NCBI GenBank assembly: GCA_016793865.1
Contig: JAEULJ010000001.1
Location: forward strand, 703,496 to 727,495
Length of the DNA stretch: 24,000 bases
Reading direction: 5' to 3'
Origin: Altererythrobacter sp.
GTDB taxonomy: Bacteria > Pseudomonadota > Alphaproteobacteria > Sphingomonadales > Sphingomonadaceae
How positions within the stretch are numbered: the first letter of the stretch is position 1; each line of letters opens with the position of its first letter. Shown piece after piece: positions 15,452 through 24,000 of this stretch. The translations under genes were made by a program, and so were the position numbers. A model generated the notes under the pieces. That model saw nothing but the letters and a program-made list of their open reading frames with translations. It did no database searches and was not told where the DNA came from.

Positions 15452-16417
15452 TCAGATTTCCCCGCCCGTGAGGCGTTGGCAGATGAGGTCGAGCTGATCG
15501 AGTGTTCGGTATCGGATCGTTACCGAGCCCTGCTGCGGCGATTTGTCGGTCGCGATTCGCACCTGCATGCCGAGGAAGTCCTCCAGATGCCCCTGAACAG
15601 CCGCGATATCCGCATCGCCTTCCGCCGGCACGGGCCTGGGCGAACGCGTCCCTCGCGGCCCATCCTGCTTGCGCGCCAGCCGCTCCACCTCGCGCACCGA
15701 AAGGCGCTCTTCGGCGGCCCTTCGCGCCAGCACGGTCGCCTGCGGGTGACCTATCAGGGCGCGGGCATGGCCCATCGACAGGCCGCCGGCGGAAACCAGG
15801 CCCAGCACCTCGTCCGGCAGTTCCAGCAGACGCTGCATATTTGCCACGTGGCTTCGCGACTTGTCGACCAGCTTGGCGATCTCCGCCTGGCTCATGCCCT
15901 GCCGATCGGCGAGGCCGCGGTAGGCGCGCGCCTCCTCCACCGGATTGAGATCCTCTCGCTGGAGGTTCTCGATCAGAGCCAGCGCCATCACCTCGCCATC
16001 GTCGAGATCGCGAACCAGCGCGGGGATGCCGTGCAGCTGTGCCTTCTGCGCCGCCCGCCAGCGGCGCTCACCCGCGACGAGCTGATAACCTCCCTGCGGG
16101 AGCGGGCGCACGATGATCGGCTGGATGACCCCTCGCGCACGGATGGAATCGGCGAGCTCCGCCAGCGCCGCCTCGTCGAAATGGGTGCGCGGCTGGCCGG
16201 GCAGCGGCTGGACAGCGGCGACCGCGATCGTCCGATACGTACCGGCGGGCCCGCTGCGGCCGCCCTGATCGGAAGCGGGTTCGGCCTGGCCGGCGCCAGG
16301 CAACGGGACAACCAGCGGCTCCTCGCGCCGCATCTCGCCCATCAGCGCCCCCAGCCCGCGCCCCAGCTTGCGGCGCGGCGGCACAGATGCCGCGGTATGC
16401 GTATCGCCTGCGGTCAT
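15452..16417 (-). CDS. parB: Chromosome partitioning protein ParB
   Basis: The ATG at 16417 overlaps the parA stop (ATGA). RRKLGRGLGALM, ENLQREDLNP, GERRWRAA and an HTH region are present. The longer 456-aa ORF overlaps parA and is an artefact. Confidence 0.93.
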   Translation of the reverse strand: MTAGDTHTAASVPPRRKLGRGLGALMGEMRREEPLVVPLPGAGQAEPASDQGGRSGPAGTYRTIAVAAVQPLPGQPRTHFDEAALAELADSIRARGVIQPIIVRPLPQGGYQLVAGERRWRAAQKAQLHGIPALVRDLDDGEVMALALIENLQREDLNPVEEARAYRGLADRQGMSQAEIAKLVDKSRSHVANMQRLLELPDEVLGLVSAGGLSMGHARALIGHPQATVLARRAAEERLSVREVERLARKQDGPRGTRSPRPVPAEGDADIAAVQGHLEDFLGMQVRIATDKSPQQGSVTIRYRTLDQLDLICQRLTGGEI

Positions 16418-17199
16418 GCGGCGATCCTCTGCGCAGGCAGCCGCCCGATCAGTTCGCGGGCGAGGTTGATATAGGCACGACTGCCCGAGCATTGATGATC
16501 GTACACCAGCGCCGGCAGACCGTGGCTGGGCGCTTCCGAGAGGCGGACGTTGCGGGGGATGACTGATTCGAACACCAGCGGACCGAGACAGTCGCGAACA
16601 TCGTCGGCCACCTGATCGGTCAGGCGGTTGCGCCGGTCGAACATCGTCAGCACCACACCCACTATGCCGAGATCGGGATTGAACTGTCCCTGGACACGCT
16701 CGACCGTCTTCAGAAGCTGACTCAGCCCTTCCAGCGCGAAGAATTCGCATTGGAGAGGCACGAGCAGCGTATCGGCCGCGGTCAGCGCATTGAGCGTCAG
16801 GAGGCCGAGCGACGGCGGGCAATCGACGAAGCAGATGTCGTAGCGGCCACGCGCGGCTGTCTTATGCAGCGCACGGCGAAGGCGATCGGAACGATCCGGT
16901 ACCGTTACCAGCTCCACCTCCGCTCCCGAGAGATCCTGCGTGGCGGGGACGATCTGGAGCGACGGGATCGAGGTGGGATGGGCGCAGCTCGCCAGATCAA
17001 GCCCCTCGATCATCAGGTCATAGGTGGAAGTGCCGCGATCCGCGGCCGAGATTCCCAGCCCGGTGGAGGCATTGCCCTGCGGATCGAGGTCCAGCAACAG
17101 CGTGCGCCAGCCAATGGCGGCCATGGCGGTGGCAATGTTGATGGCAGTCGTGGTCTTTCCCACTCCGCCCTTCTGATTCGCGATCGCGACGGTAATCAC
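16414..17199 (-). CDS. parA: Chromosome partitioning ATPase ParA
   Basis: The GTG at 17199 overlaps the rsmG stop (GTGA). [23 protein letters not shown] is the deviant Walker A motif. DLDPQGNAS is also present. Confidence 0.92.
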   Translation of the reverse strand: MITVAIANQKGGVGKTTTAINIATAMAAIGWRTLLLDLDPQGNASTGLGISAADRGTSTYDLMIEGLDLASCAHPTSIPSLQIVPATQDLSGAEVELVTVPDRSDRLRRALHKTAARGRYDICFVDCPPSLGLLTLNALTAADTLLVPLQCEFFALEGLSQLLKTVERVQGQFNPDLGIVGVVLTMFDRRNRLTDQVADDVRDCLGPLVFESVIPRNVRLSEAPSHGLPALVYDHQCSGSRAYINLARELIGRLPAQRIAA

Positions 17200-17822
17200 G
17201 CGCCGTCCTCCAGCCTGCCCTTGCCTGTCACGATGCCCGCCTCGGGGTCGGTTGCCGAGGGTTTCACGTGAAACATCGCCCGCTGCCTGCGCGGCAACTG
17301 GGCGATTTCTTGCGCCGCCGACCGCCCCTTGGGCAAGACCCATTCGGTGTCCGCTGTGGAGAAGCGCGCAGCCATATCGAGCAATCGCGGCAGCGGCGCG
17401 AAAGCGCGCGCGCTTATGACACCCGCCGCTACCGGAGCTGCCGACCTAATATTTCCACCACGAACGGCAATATTCCTTGCCCCAAGCTGCTCGATCGTTT
17501 CCTGAAGCCATTGAATTCTGAGCGCTCGGGATTCCATCAGCACCATCTCGCGCTCCGGCTCCAATAATCCGATCACCATGCCGGGCAGGCCGGCGCCGGC
17601 GCCGAGATCGAGCCAAGACGACGTTCCACGTGAAACATGGTCGATGAGCTGCACCGAATCGGCGATATGCCGCAGCCATATCTGGGGCAGCGTCGATGCC
17701 GCGATCAGGTTTTGGGTTCCGGCCCCTTGCCGCAGGAGTTCCGCATAGCGCTCTATCTTCCCAAGCGCGGCGGCGTTCCGGCAACGCGCCGCGACAAAAT
17801 CCCTCGCCTCATCTTCGGTCAC
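17196..17822 (-). CDS. rsmG: 16S rRNA (guanine527-N7)-methyltransferase RsmG (GidB)
   Basis: The product is 208 aa and contains [15 protein letters not shown] (SAM motif). It sits between mnmG and parA and overlaps the mnmG stop by 4 nt. Confidence 0.9.
   Translation of the reverse strand: MTEDEARDFVAARCRNAAALGKIERYAELLRQGAGTQNLIAASTLPQIWLRHIADSVQLIDHVSRGTSSWLDLGAGAGLPGMVIGLLEPEREMVLMESRALRIQWLQETIEQLGARNIAVRGGNIRSAAPVAAGVISARAFAPLPRLLDMAARFSTADTEWVLPKGRSAAQEIAQLPRRQRAMFHVKPSATDPEAGIVTGKGRLEDGA
17260..17275. other. parS: parS centromere-like site (GGTTTCACGTGAAACA, 15/16 to TGTTNCACGTGAAACA)
   Basis: Direct match to the ParB-binding consensus, located inside rsmG near its 3' end. Confidence 0.7.
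17622..17637. other. parS: parS centromere-like site (CGTTCCACGTGAAACA, 15/16)
   Basis: Direct match to the ParB-binding consensus, located inside rsmG near its 5' end. Confidence 0.7.
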
Positions 17823-19666
17823 TGCGCGGTGGCCCCCTCGCGGCGGCGAGCGTGAACCAGCAAGGCAGCAAGGCCCGCCGGAGTCATCCCGCGCACCAAC
17901 GCCGCCTCCGCGATGCTCGAAGGACGCGATGCCTCCAGACGCTCCGTCATCTCCCGCGAGAGCCCCGGGATCGTCGCATAGTCGAGTTCCGTGGCAAGGC
18001 GCTGGCCGCGCGCCACACGCAGTTCGGTAGCCTCGCGCTCCTGCCGCGCGACATAGGGTGCGTAGCGGGCATCTTCGACGGCCTCGTGGAGCAAGGTCGC
18101 ATCCGCCGGATCGCCGAAGTCCGCTTCAAGCTGCGCCGCGTCCAGGAAACCCGCCTCTATCGCGCGATGGAGCGGCAAGCGCCGGTGAGCCTCCGGCACC
18201 GAGCCTGCCAGCGCGGCGCTTTCGGTCGTTTGCAAGGCCAGGCGCGCATCCAGGCCCGCGCGCCGTTCCATCCGCCGCTCGAACCACTCACGGCGCTGCG
18301 CGCCAACGCAACCGGCCGCGATCGCCAGCGGGGTCAGCCGCGAATCGGCGTTGGAAGCCCTCAGGCGAAGGCGATACTCCGCGCGCGCCGTGAGCATCCG
18401 GTAAGGCTCGCTGATCCCGTGGACGGTCAAATCGTCGGTCATCACCGCGAGATAGCTGTTGCTGCGGTCGAGCGCCGGCGCATCCATCTGCCGAGCAGAG
18501 CAGCCGGCGTGGAGGCCCGCCACCAGACCCTGCGCCGCAGCCTCCTCATAACCGGTGGTGCCGTTGATCTGTCCCGCGCAGAACAGCCCCGGGATCGCGC
18601 GGGTCTGCAAGTCCGTGCCGAGCGCCCTCGGGTCGATGTGATCGTACTCGACCGCATAGCCGGGGACCGTCATCTCGACCTGTTCAAGCCCGGCTATCGT
18701 GCGGAGCATCGCCAGCTGCACATCTTCGGGGAGCGAGGTGCTGATCCCGTTAGGGTATATCTCCCGAGCCCCCAGCCCTTCCGGCTCCAGGAATATCTGA
18801 TGACCGTCGCGGTCGCCGAAGCGGTGGATCTTGTCCTCGATCGAGGGGCAATAGCGCGGCCCCGCAGCATCGATCGCCCCGGTGTAGAGGGGCGATCGCC
18901 GCAGATTGGCGCGAATCAAGTCATGCGTAAGCGCATTGGTGCGGGCGATCGCGCAGTGAAGCTGCGGATTGACGCGCCGCGTGGTGAGCGAACTCATGGT
19001 CCAGCGCTCCCCGTCGGACGGCTGGACCGCGAGCCGCGCCCAGTCGATCGTCCGGCCGTCCAGCCGCGGTGGCGTGCCCGTCTTGAGCCGTGACATCGGC
19101 AGTGCCGCCTCGCGAAGCTGCTCAGCCAGCCGCGTCGCGCCGCGCTCGCCGATGCGCCCGCCCACCACCTTGCGCTCGCCGCAGAACATCACCCCGCCCA
19201 GGAAGGTTCCTGTGCAAAGCACGACATGCGTGGCCTCGAGAACGGAACCATCGGCCAGTCGCAGCCCGGCGACCCGCCCGCCGGCGAGCACAAGCTCCGT
19301 GGCCTCGCCCGAGACCACGCAAAGGGTTCCCAGCCTGCCAAGCTGCGCCTGCACGCTCGCGGCGAACAGGCGACGATCCGCCTGCACGCGCGGACCCCAG
19401 ACGGCGCTGCCCTTGGAGCGGTTGAGCATCCGGTAGTGGATCGCCGCATCATCGGCCGCCCGCGCGATAACGCCGTCGAAGGCGTCCACCTCGCGCACCA
19501 GATGACCCTTGCCGAGCCCACCGATGGCAGGATTGCAGCTCATCGCGCCAATCTGACGGTGGTCGAAGGTCACGAGTCCCACGCGCAAGCCCATCCGCGC
19601 GCACACCGCCGCGCACTCGACACCGGCGTGCCCGCCGCCAACGACCAGAACATCGAAAGCCTTCAT
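17819..19666 (-). CDS. mnmG: tRNA uridine-5-carboxymethylaminomethyl modification enzyme MnmG (GidA)
   Basis: [19 protein letters not shown] is an FAD Rossmann motif. The product is 615 aa and has family-wide motifs ([30 protein letters not shown]-like). Confidence 0.95.
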   Translation of the reverse strand: MKAFDVLVVGGGHAGVECAAVCARMGLRVGLVTFDHRQIGAMSCNPAIGGLGKGHLVREVDAFDGVIARAADDAAIHYRMLNRSKGSAVWGPRVQADRRLFAASVQAQLGRLGTLCVVSGEATELVLAGGRVAGLRLADGSVLEATHVVLCTGTFLGGVMFCGERKVVGGRIGERGATRLAEQLREAALPMSRLKTGTPPRLDGRTIDWARLAVQPSDGERWTMSSLTTRRVNPQLHCAIARTNALTHDLIRANLRRSPLYTGAIDAAGPRYCPSIEDKIHRFGDRDGHQIFLEPEGLGAREIYPNGISTSLPEDVQLAMLRTIAGLEQVEMTVPGYAVEYDHIDPRALGTDLQTRAIPGLFCAGQINGTTGYEEAAAQGLVAGLHAGCSARQMDAPALDRSNSYLAVMTDDLTVHGISEPYRMLTARAEYRLRLRASNADSRLTPLAIAAGCVGAQRREWFERRMERRAGLDARLALQTTESAALAGSVPEAHRRLPLHRAIEAGFLDAAQLEADFGDPADATLLHEAVEDARYAPYVARQEREATELRVARGQRLATELDYATIPGLSREMTERLEASRPSSIAEAALVRGMTPAGLAALLVHARRREGATAQ

Positions 19667-19667
19667 C

Positions 19668-19697
19668 GCCCGCCCGCCTAGGCCATGCCCGCCCGCC
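19668..19697. repeat. Exact 11-nt direct repeat GCCCGCCCGCC x2 separated by 8 nt (G-rich on the mnmG sense strand)
   Basis: Copies at 19668-19678 and 19687-19697 are identical. On the minus strand the region reads GGCGGGCGGGC-ATGGCCTA-GGCGGGCGGGC-G-ATG(mnmG). Confidence 0.8.
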
Positions 19698-19712
19698 GGT
19701 CAAAAGCGCCGC

Positions 19713-19728
19713 TGTTCCACGTGAAACA
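19713..19728. other. parS: parS centromere-like site, perfect TGTTCCACGTGAAACA
   Basis: A 16/16 match to the canonical parS. It directly abuts the mnmE stop codon (19729-19731) in the mnmE-mnmG intergenic region. Confidence 0.85.
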
Positions 19729-21000
19729 TCACTTCCCGATACAGAATCGCCCGAACAATCCGTCGAGCATATCTTCCACGCCCGCCGTGCCCAGGAGCCG
19801 ATCGAAGGCCGCACGGGCGGCACGCAGCGATTCGGCCGCGAGCAGTAGATCCGAAGAGCGCTCTGAGAGGGCCGCCAGCGCCTCTTCCAGCGCTTCCGCC
19901 TGCCGCCGGTTGATCGCCACCGACCCCGGACCCGGCAGGACGGCGCGGGCGCGCTCGGCCAGATCGCCAGCCAGGGCCGGAATGCCCTCGCCCGTGACGG
20001 CCGAGACCACATGGTCCGGGGCGCGTTTGCGCGGGGCGGAGGCATCGTCACAGCGCGCCTGGATCTCCAGCGCGCCCGCCGGCCCCTGCCCCTCGGGACC
20101 GAGCCACAGCACGATGTCCGCCAGCGCAAGCTGTGTGTGTGCGCGCTCGATCCCGATGCGCTCGATCCCATCGGCGCTGCTCTCGCGCAGGCCCGCCGTA
20201 TCCACCAGCACCAGCGGCAAGCCCGCGAAGCTCCCGGCGCGCTCGATCACGTCCCGCGTGGTCCCTGCCACGGGGGATACAATCGCTGCATCCTCACCAG
20301 ACAATACATTGAACAGGCTCGATTTTCCGCTGTTGGGCGGGCCCGCGAGCACCACCCGAATACCGTCACGCAACCGTTCCATGCGCGGCTGACGCAGCGC
20401 CTCGTCGATCGCCCGGGCCAGCGCGTCATGCCGGCCCTCGAACCCGGCGGGCAATGCCGCGACATCATCCTCATCGGCGAAATCCAGCACCGCCTCGACC
20501 AGCGCGGAGAGCGCCAGAACCTCGTCACGCCAGCCATGCACCAGGCGGGACAGCGCCCCACCCACGCCCGCCTGCGCAGCCCGCCGCTGGAGCTCCGTCT
20601 CGGCGCTCAGCAGATCGCCCAGCGCCTCCGCCTGCGCCAGGTCGATGCGGCCGTTGAGGAAGGCGCGGCGGGTGAACTCGCCGGCCTTCGCCGCACGCAG
20701 CCCGGGCATCCCCGCGAGCGCGGCCAGCACACCCGCGATCACCGCGCGGCCGCCGTGGCAGTGAAGCTCCACGCAATCTTCTCCCGTGGCGCTTGCCGGG
20801 CCCGGGAACCACAGCACCAGCGCGCGGTCGAGCTCCCGCCCCTCGCTATCGGCGAGCAGCCGGAGCGACACCCGGCGCGGCGCCGGCAGCCCTCCCGCCA
20901 GCCGCTCCAGAGCTTCGCCGGCACGCGGTCCGCTGATGCGCACCACGCCGATAGCCGCGGGCGGCGATCCACTTGCAAGCGCGAAAATGGTTTCGGTCAC
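19729..21000 (-). CDS. mnmE: tRNA modification GTPase MnmE (TrmE)
   Basis: MTETIFALASG...GVVRISG at the N-terminus, a G-domain (GPPNSGKSSLFN, DTAGLR) and the C-terminal CIGK are all present. Confidence 0.95.
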   Translation of the reverse strand: MTETIFALASGSPPAAIGVVRISGPRAGEALERLAGGLPAPRRVSLRLLADSEGRELDRALVLWFPGPASATGEDCVELHCHGGRAVIAGVLAALAGMPGLRAAKAGEFTRRAFLNGRIDLAQAEALGDLLSAETELQRRAAQAGVGGALSRLVHGWRDEVLALSALVEAVLDFADEDDVAALPAGFEGRHDALARAIDEALRQPRMERLRDGIRVVLAGPPNSGKSSLFNVLSGEDAAIVSPVAGTTRDVIERAGSFAGLPLVLVDTAGLRESSADGIERIGIERAHTQLALADIVLWLGPEGQGPAGALEIQARCDDASAPRKRAPDHVVSAVTGEGIPALAGDLAERARAVLPGPGSVAINRRQAEALEEALAALSERSSDLLLAAESLRAARAAFDRLLGTAGVEDMLDGLFGRFCIGK

Positions 21001-21024
21001 GACAAGGCGGGCCGCCGGATCGCC

Positions 21025-21279
21025 TCAGGCGGCATCGTCCTTGCCGCGACGCGAGGCGGCGCTGGCCCCCTCCATGAAGCTCTGGAACAGCTTGAAGCCG
21101 GCCTGTCCCATCGGCGCGAGCTGGCGCGCGTATTCCTGCAGCTTCTCGGTATCCGAAACGCCCTGCATGGCCTTGGACATCATGTCGACATAGACCGCAT
21201 TGGCCTTGCCCACATCGGGGAGCCCCATGAAGCTGCGCGCCTCCTCGGGCGTGCAGTCGATCTCGATGTTCACCTTCAT
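21025..21279 (-). CDS. Small conserved hypothetical protein (about 84 aa)
   Basis: I prefer the ATG at 21279 (MKVNIEIDCTPEEARSFMGLPDV...), preceded by GGGGAGAG. The ORF extends to 21318. I cannot name a family with confidence. Confidence 0.55.
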   Translation of the reverse strand: MKVNIEIDCTPEEARSFMGLPDVGKANAVYVDMMSKAMQGVSDTEKLQEYARQLAPMGQAGFKLFQSFMEGASAASRRGKDDAA

Positions 21280-21378
21280 CGCGCCGCTCTCCCCGCTGGT
21301 CGGGCCATTTCCTGTCACACACCCCGCGCCTTGTCCACGGCCACGATCACGTCGTGGACCGGCCGGGGATAAGGGCGG

Positions 21379-22545
21379 TCAGAGCCCTGAATCGCCGATC
21401 GCCTCGAAAATCGCCCCTAACGCGGTGCGATCCTCTTCCGGAACCTCGGGCCGCCAGATCTCGAACAGCAGCACCACGCGCTCCTCAGGCCCGTCATTGC
21501 GGGCCTCATGCTCCATCGAATCGTCGAAGATCAGGGGAATGCCCGGCTCCCAGCTTCGCGTCTCGCTGCCGACGCGCAGGCTGCATCCGGGTGCTGTCTT
21601 GATGGGAATGTGGCAGATCAGCCGGGTGTTCAGCATCCCGTGATGCGGGGTGATATGAGCGCCAGGTAGGAGCCGCGACCAATGGGCATTGGGAGACCGG
21701 CCCGCAATGCGCGGCATGGGGGCATGCGTGAGCGCTTCCATCGTGGCCGGGCAGCGCCGGGCATTGTCCGCCGCCACCTCGCCGCTGCGCCAGAAGTGCA
21801 GCGCCGTCCAGCGCTCGCTGCCGAGCAGCGGATTGTTGGGGGCGGGCCGATCGGGCGGAGTCTCCACATAGGGTGCGAAACCTGCCGCACCCTCGGCGGA
21901 GATCCTCGCCCATTCGTCCTGCATGGCCGGGAGCAGCGCCAGCATCGGCACCAGCCACGGGAAATCCGCCGGCTCGTAGAATCGGCGTTGGGGGAGGCCC
22001 GGGTAATAGAAGACATTGGGCCGCTGAAGGTCGATCTCGCGCTCCCCCTTGAGGAGACCCAGCGCCTCGACCATCCTGTCCGAAAGCGGCCCCGAGGTCG
22101 CCTCCGCGAGGCGCCCGGCGAAGGCCTCGCTCGCCGTGGCACAGTAGCGCGCCGCATGATCCAGCAGCCGCGCTATCGCGGGCGGCGCCACGCCGGATGC
22201 GGCAGCCTGATTCCGCGCCGCCTGATAGAAGCTGACGGCGGCGCGCGCGCTTCCCGCCTGTTCGTGCAGCCAGCCCCGCTGGAGCAGCGCGCCGATATCG
22301 CGTGGAGCTGCCGCCAGCCGGCGATCGACCACTGCGGCCGCCGCGTCGTGGTTGCCCAACATGATCTCGGCATTGGCCAGCGCCGCCCAGGGAAACGGCC
22401 CGGAACCGGCGCGATCTTCCATTTCGCGCAGAATCGTGGCGGCCGAAGCCGCATCGCCCCCACGCAGGGCCGCGAGCGCACGTTCGGTCGCCTGGCGGGC
22501 TTCGGCTTCGGTCACGCGAAGGGGGATAGGCGAAGGCGATGCCAT
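21379..22545 (-). CDS. TPR-repeat plus aspartyl/asparaginyl beta-hydroxylase (2OG/Fe(II) oxygenase) domain protein
   Basis: The N-terminal third is a TPR-like Ala-rich helical repeat. The C-terminal region FYYPGLPQRRFYEP...WTALHFW...LLPGAHITPHHGMLNTRLICHIPI...IFDDSMEHEARN matches the Asp/Arg hydroxylase fold. I prefer the ATG at 22545 over the TTG at 22638. Confidence 0.8.
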   Translation of the reverse strand: MASPSPIPLRVTEAEARQATERALAALRGGDAASAATILREMEDRAGSGPFPWAALANAEIMLGNHDAAAAVVDRRLAAAPRDIGALLQRGWLHEQAGSARAAVSFYQAARNQAAASGVAPPAIARLLDHAARYCATASEAFAGRLAEATSGPLSDRMVEALGLLKGEREIDLQRPNVFYYPGLPQRRFYEPADFPWLVPMLALLPAMQDEWARISAEGAAGFAPYVETPPDRPAPNNPLLGSERWTALHFWRSGEVAADNARRCPATMEALTHAPMPRIAGRSPNAHWSRLLPGAHITPHHGMLNTRLICHIPIKTAPGCSLRVGSETRSWEPGIPLIFDDSMEHEARNDGPEERVVLLFEIWRPEVPEEDRTALGAIFEAIGDSGL

Positions 22546-22585
22546 GCGGCAATATGCACCATCGAAGGCAGAGAGGAGACGGGGT

Positions 22586-22981
22586 GTGAGCGCCACCAGG
22601 CGCCTGCCGCGCTGGCACGCAGTGATGAAGGGCGGCAATCAGCCACAGGCCCTCGCCGCTATCATCCGCGAGGATGCGGTCTTCCATTCGCCGGTGGTCC
22701 ACACGCCGCAGCGCGGGCGCGCGATCGTGGTCGCCTATCTCGCCGCCGCCGGGCAGACGCTGGGAAACGCCAGCTTCCGCTATGTCCGCGAGCTGGTCGA
22801 TGGCGAGAACGCGCTGCTCGAATTCGAGACCGAGATGGACGGCATCCACGTCAATGGCGTGGACCTGATCCGCTTCGACGAGGACGGCATGATCGCCGAT
22901 TTCAAGGTGATGGTGCGCCCGCTCAAGGCGGTGAACAAGGTCTGGGAACAGATGGCGGCACAGCTGGAGCGGGCAGGATGA
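22586..22981 (+). CDS. SnoaL/NTF2-like small protein
   Basis: The GTG at 22586 lies 6 nt after GAGAGGAGA. The product is VSATRRLPRWHAVMKGGNQPQALAAIIREDAVFHSPVVHTPQRGRAIVVAYL...FETEMDGIHVNGVDLIRFDEDGMIADFKVMVRP, the typical alpha+beta barrel pattern. The upstream part of the ORF overlaps the divergent hydroxylase gene. Confidence 0.65.
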   Translation: MSATRRLPRWHAVMKGGNQPQALAAIIREDAVFHSPVVHTPQRGRAIVVAYLAAAGQTLGNASFRYVRELVDGENALLEFETEMDGIHVNGVDLIRFDEDGMIADFKVMVRPLKAVNKVWEQMAAQLERAG

Positions 22982-23574
22982 TTCCGATGCGCATGATGAT
23001 CCTCGCCCTGGCGGGGATGGTGACAGCAACCCAGGCATGGGCGCTCGAACCCGCCCTCGGCGCCGGCGCGGAGCTGGAGGTGCGGCTCGACGGTGATTTC
23101 GACACCGATGGCGCGATGGACATCGCCTATGTCGCGCGCGGCGAGGAATCGCGAACGCTCCATGTCACCCTGGCGACCGGCGGGTCGGTGTTGCTGAACC
23201 TCGACCCCTACCCACTGGGGTCCGCGACGCTGAATTTCACCAAGGGCGTGCTTCTGGTCGAGGATCTGACCGGCGGCACCAGCGCCCTGGCGACCATGCG
23301 GCGCTACCGCTTCGACAAGGCGGGTGGGCAGATGCGGCTGATCGGGCTGGACGCGACCTATTACAGCCGCACCCAGGCGCACGATGGGTTCGTGATGAGC
23401 TGGAACCTGTACACCGGCAGGCTCACGACCATGGTGCTCCGCCTCAACAAGAAGGGCGGCGACGAGGCTTACAACCGGATCGACCAGAAGATCATCCGCC
23501 GCCCCAGCGGCAAGGTGTGGCTGCCGGACACACCCGACCCCGAGGAACTGATGAACGAGGTGGGCGGCCGCTGA
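22978..23574 (+). CDS. Secreted hypothetical protein with a DxDxDG (FG-GAP/Ca-binding-like) motif
   Basis: The ATG at 22978 overlaps the upstream stop (ATGA). Signal peptide MIPMRMMILALAGMVTATQAWA. The motif LDGDFDTDGAMDIAY is present. The remaining 5' part of the 630-aa ORF is antisense to the hydroxylase gene and is an artefact. Confidence 0.6.
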   Translation: MIPMRMMILALAGMVTATQAWALEPALGAGAELEVRLDGDFDTDGAMDIAYVARGEESRTLHVTLATGGSVLLNLDPYPLGSATLNFTKGVLLVEDLTGGTSALATMRRYRFDKAGGQMRLIGLDATYYSRTQAHDGFVMSWNLYTGRLTTMVLRLNKKGGDEAYNRIDQKIIRRPSGKVWLPDTPDPEELMNEVGGR

Positions 23575-23593
23575 GGGGCCGCCCAGCCCCGCC

Positions 23594-24000
<407 letters not shown>

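Noticed and set aside
13087-15850. Other CACGTG cores (13087-13092 in the usher gene, 15845-15850 in parB) as possible extra parS sites.
   Set aside because: The flanks (ATTGC-CACGTG-TAAAC and TTTGC-CACGTG-GCTTC) mismatch the TGTTN...AAACA arms at most positions.
21333-21360. Overlapping hairpins (GTCCACG...CGTGGAC; CCACGA-tcacg-TCGTGG) after the hydroxylase gene as a terminator.
   Set aside because: Neither orientation has a U-tract and the stems are short. The hairpins may still form, but I cannot support a terminator call.
15476-21372. Plus-strand ORFs antisense to parB (15476..16474), mnmG (17696..19093) and mnmE (20011..21372). The N-terminally extended versions of parB (to 16822) and parA (to 17343) belong here too.
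   Set aside because: The minus-strand genes are unambiguous housekeeping genes. The extended starts would overlap the upstream genes by hundreds of nt, whereas the internal starts give classic 4-nt ATGA/GTGA coupling overlaps.
21506-23038. A 510-aa minus ORF, plus the 5' 1.3 kb of plus ORF 21682..23574.
   Set aside because: They overlap the hydroxylase, SnoaL-like and secreted-protein genes in other frames and have no motifs. Only the last 198 codons of the 630-aa ORF, starting at a signal peptide with an ATGA overlap, look genuine.

Overview
The window is visibly GC-rich. Gene content and order suggest a chromosomal segment from an alphaproteobacterium, and protein similarity hints at Sphingomonadaceae (inference only). 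I support 28 CDSs. Left third: helicase, S4-domain protein, fdxA and carD in their conserved order, then two tandem DUF2807 ('head GIN') beta-helix envelope proteins and a small lipoprotein, followed by housekeeping genes (TauE/TSUP exporter, Sua5/TsaC, large acyl-CoA dehydrogenase, PQQ-type sugar dehydrogenase, GAF/free-Met-R-sulfoxide reductase). Middle: a minus-strand archaic (Csu/'spore coat protein U' type) chaperone-usher pilus operon, ordered pilin, pilin, chaperone, usher. It sits directly downstream of the partition block mnmE-mnmG-rsmG-parA-parB. Right end: a small conserved protein, a TPR plus Asp/Asn beta-hydroxylase gene divergent from a SnoaL-like/secreted-protein pair, and the 3' end of rho. 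Non-coding signals: three parS sites (one a perfect 16-mer, two inside rsmG read in different frames), a perfect TTAA-N7-TTAAC CtrA-type box in an AT-rich spacer between the two pilin genes, repeated ATCACTA/TAGTGAT motifs in the pilus regulatory DNA, a G-rich direct repeat before mnmG, a GANTC-centred palindrome at the carD promoter, and one clear rho-independent terminator. I found no tRNA, rRNA, CRISPR, IS or integrase, and no hallmarks of a defence system. The best candidates for something undescribed are the regulatory architecture and placement of the pilus operon and the uncharacterised hydroxylase/SnoaL/secreted-protein module. Both are hypotheses, not demonstrated systems. Many long ORFs in the track are antisense or alternate-frame artefacts of high GC content.
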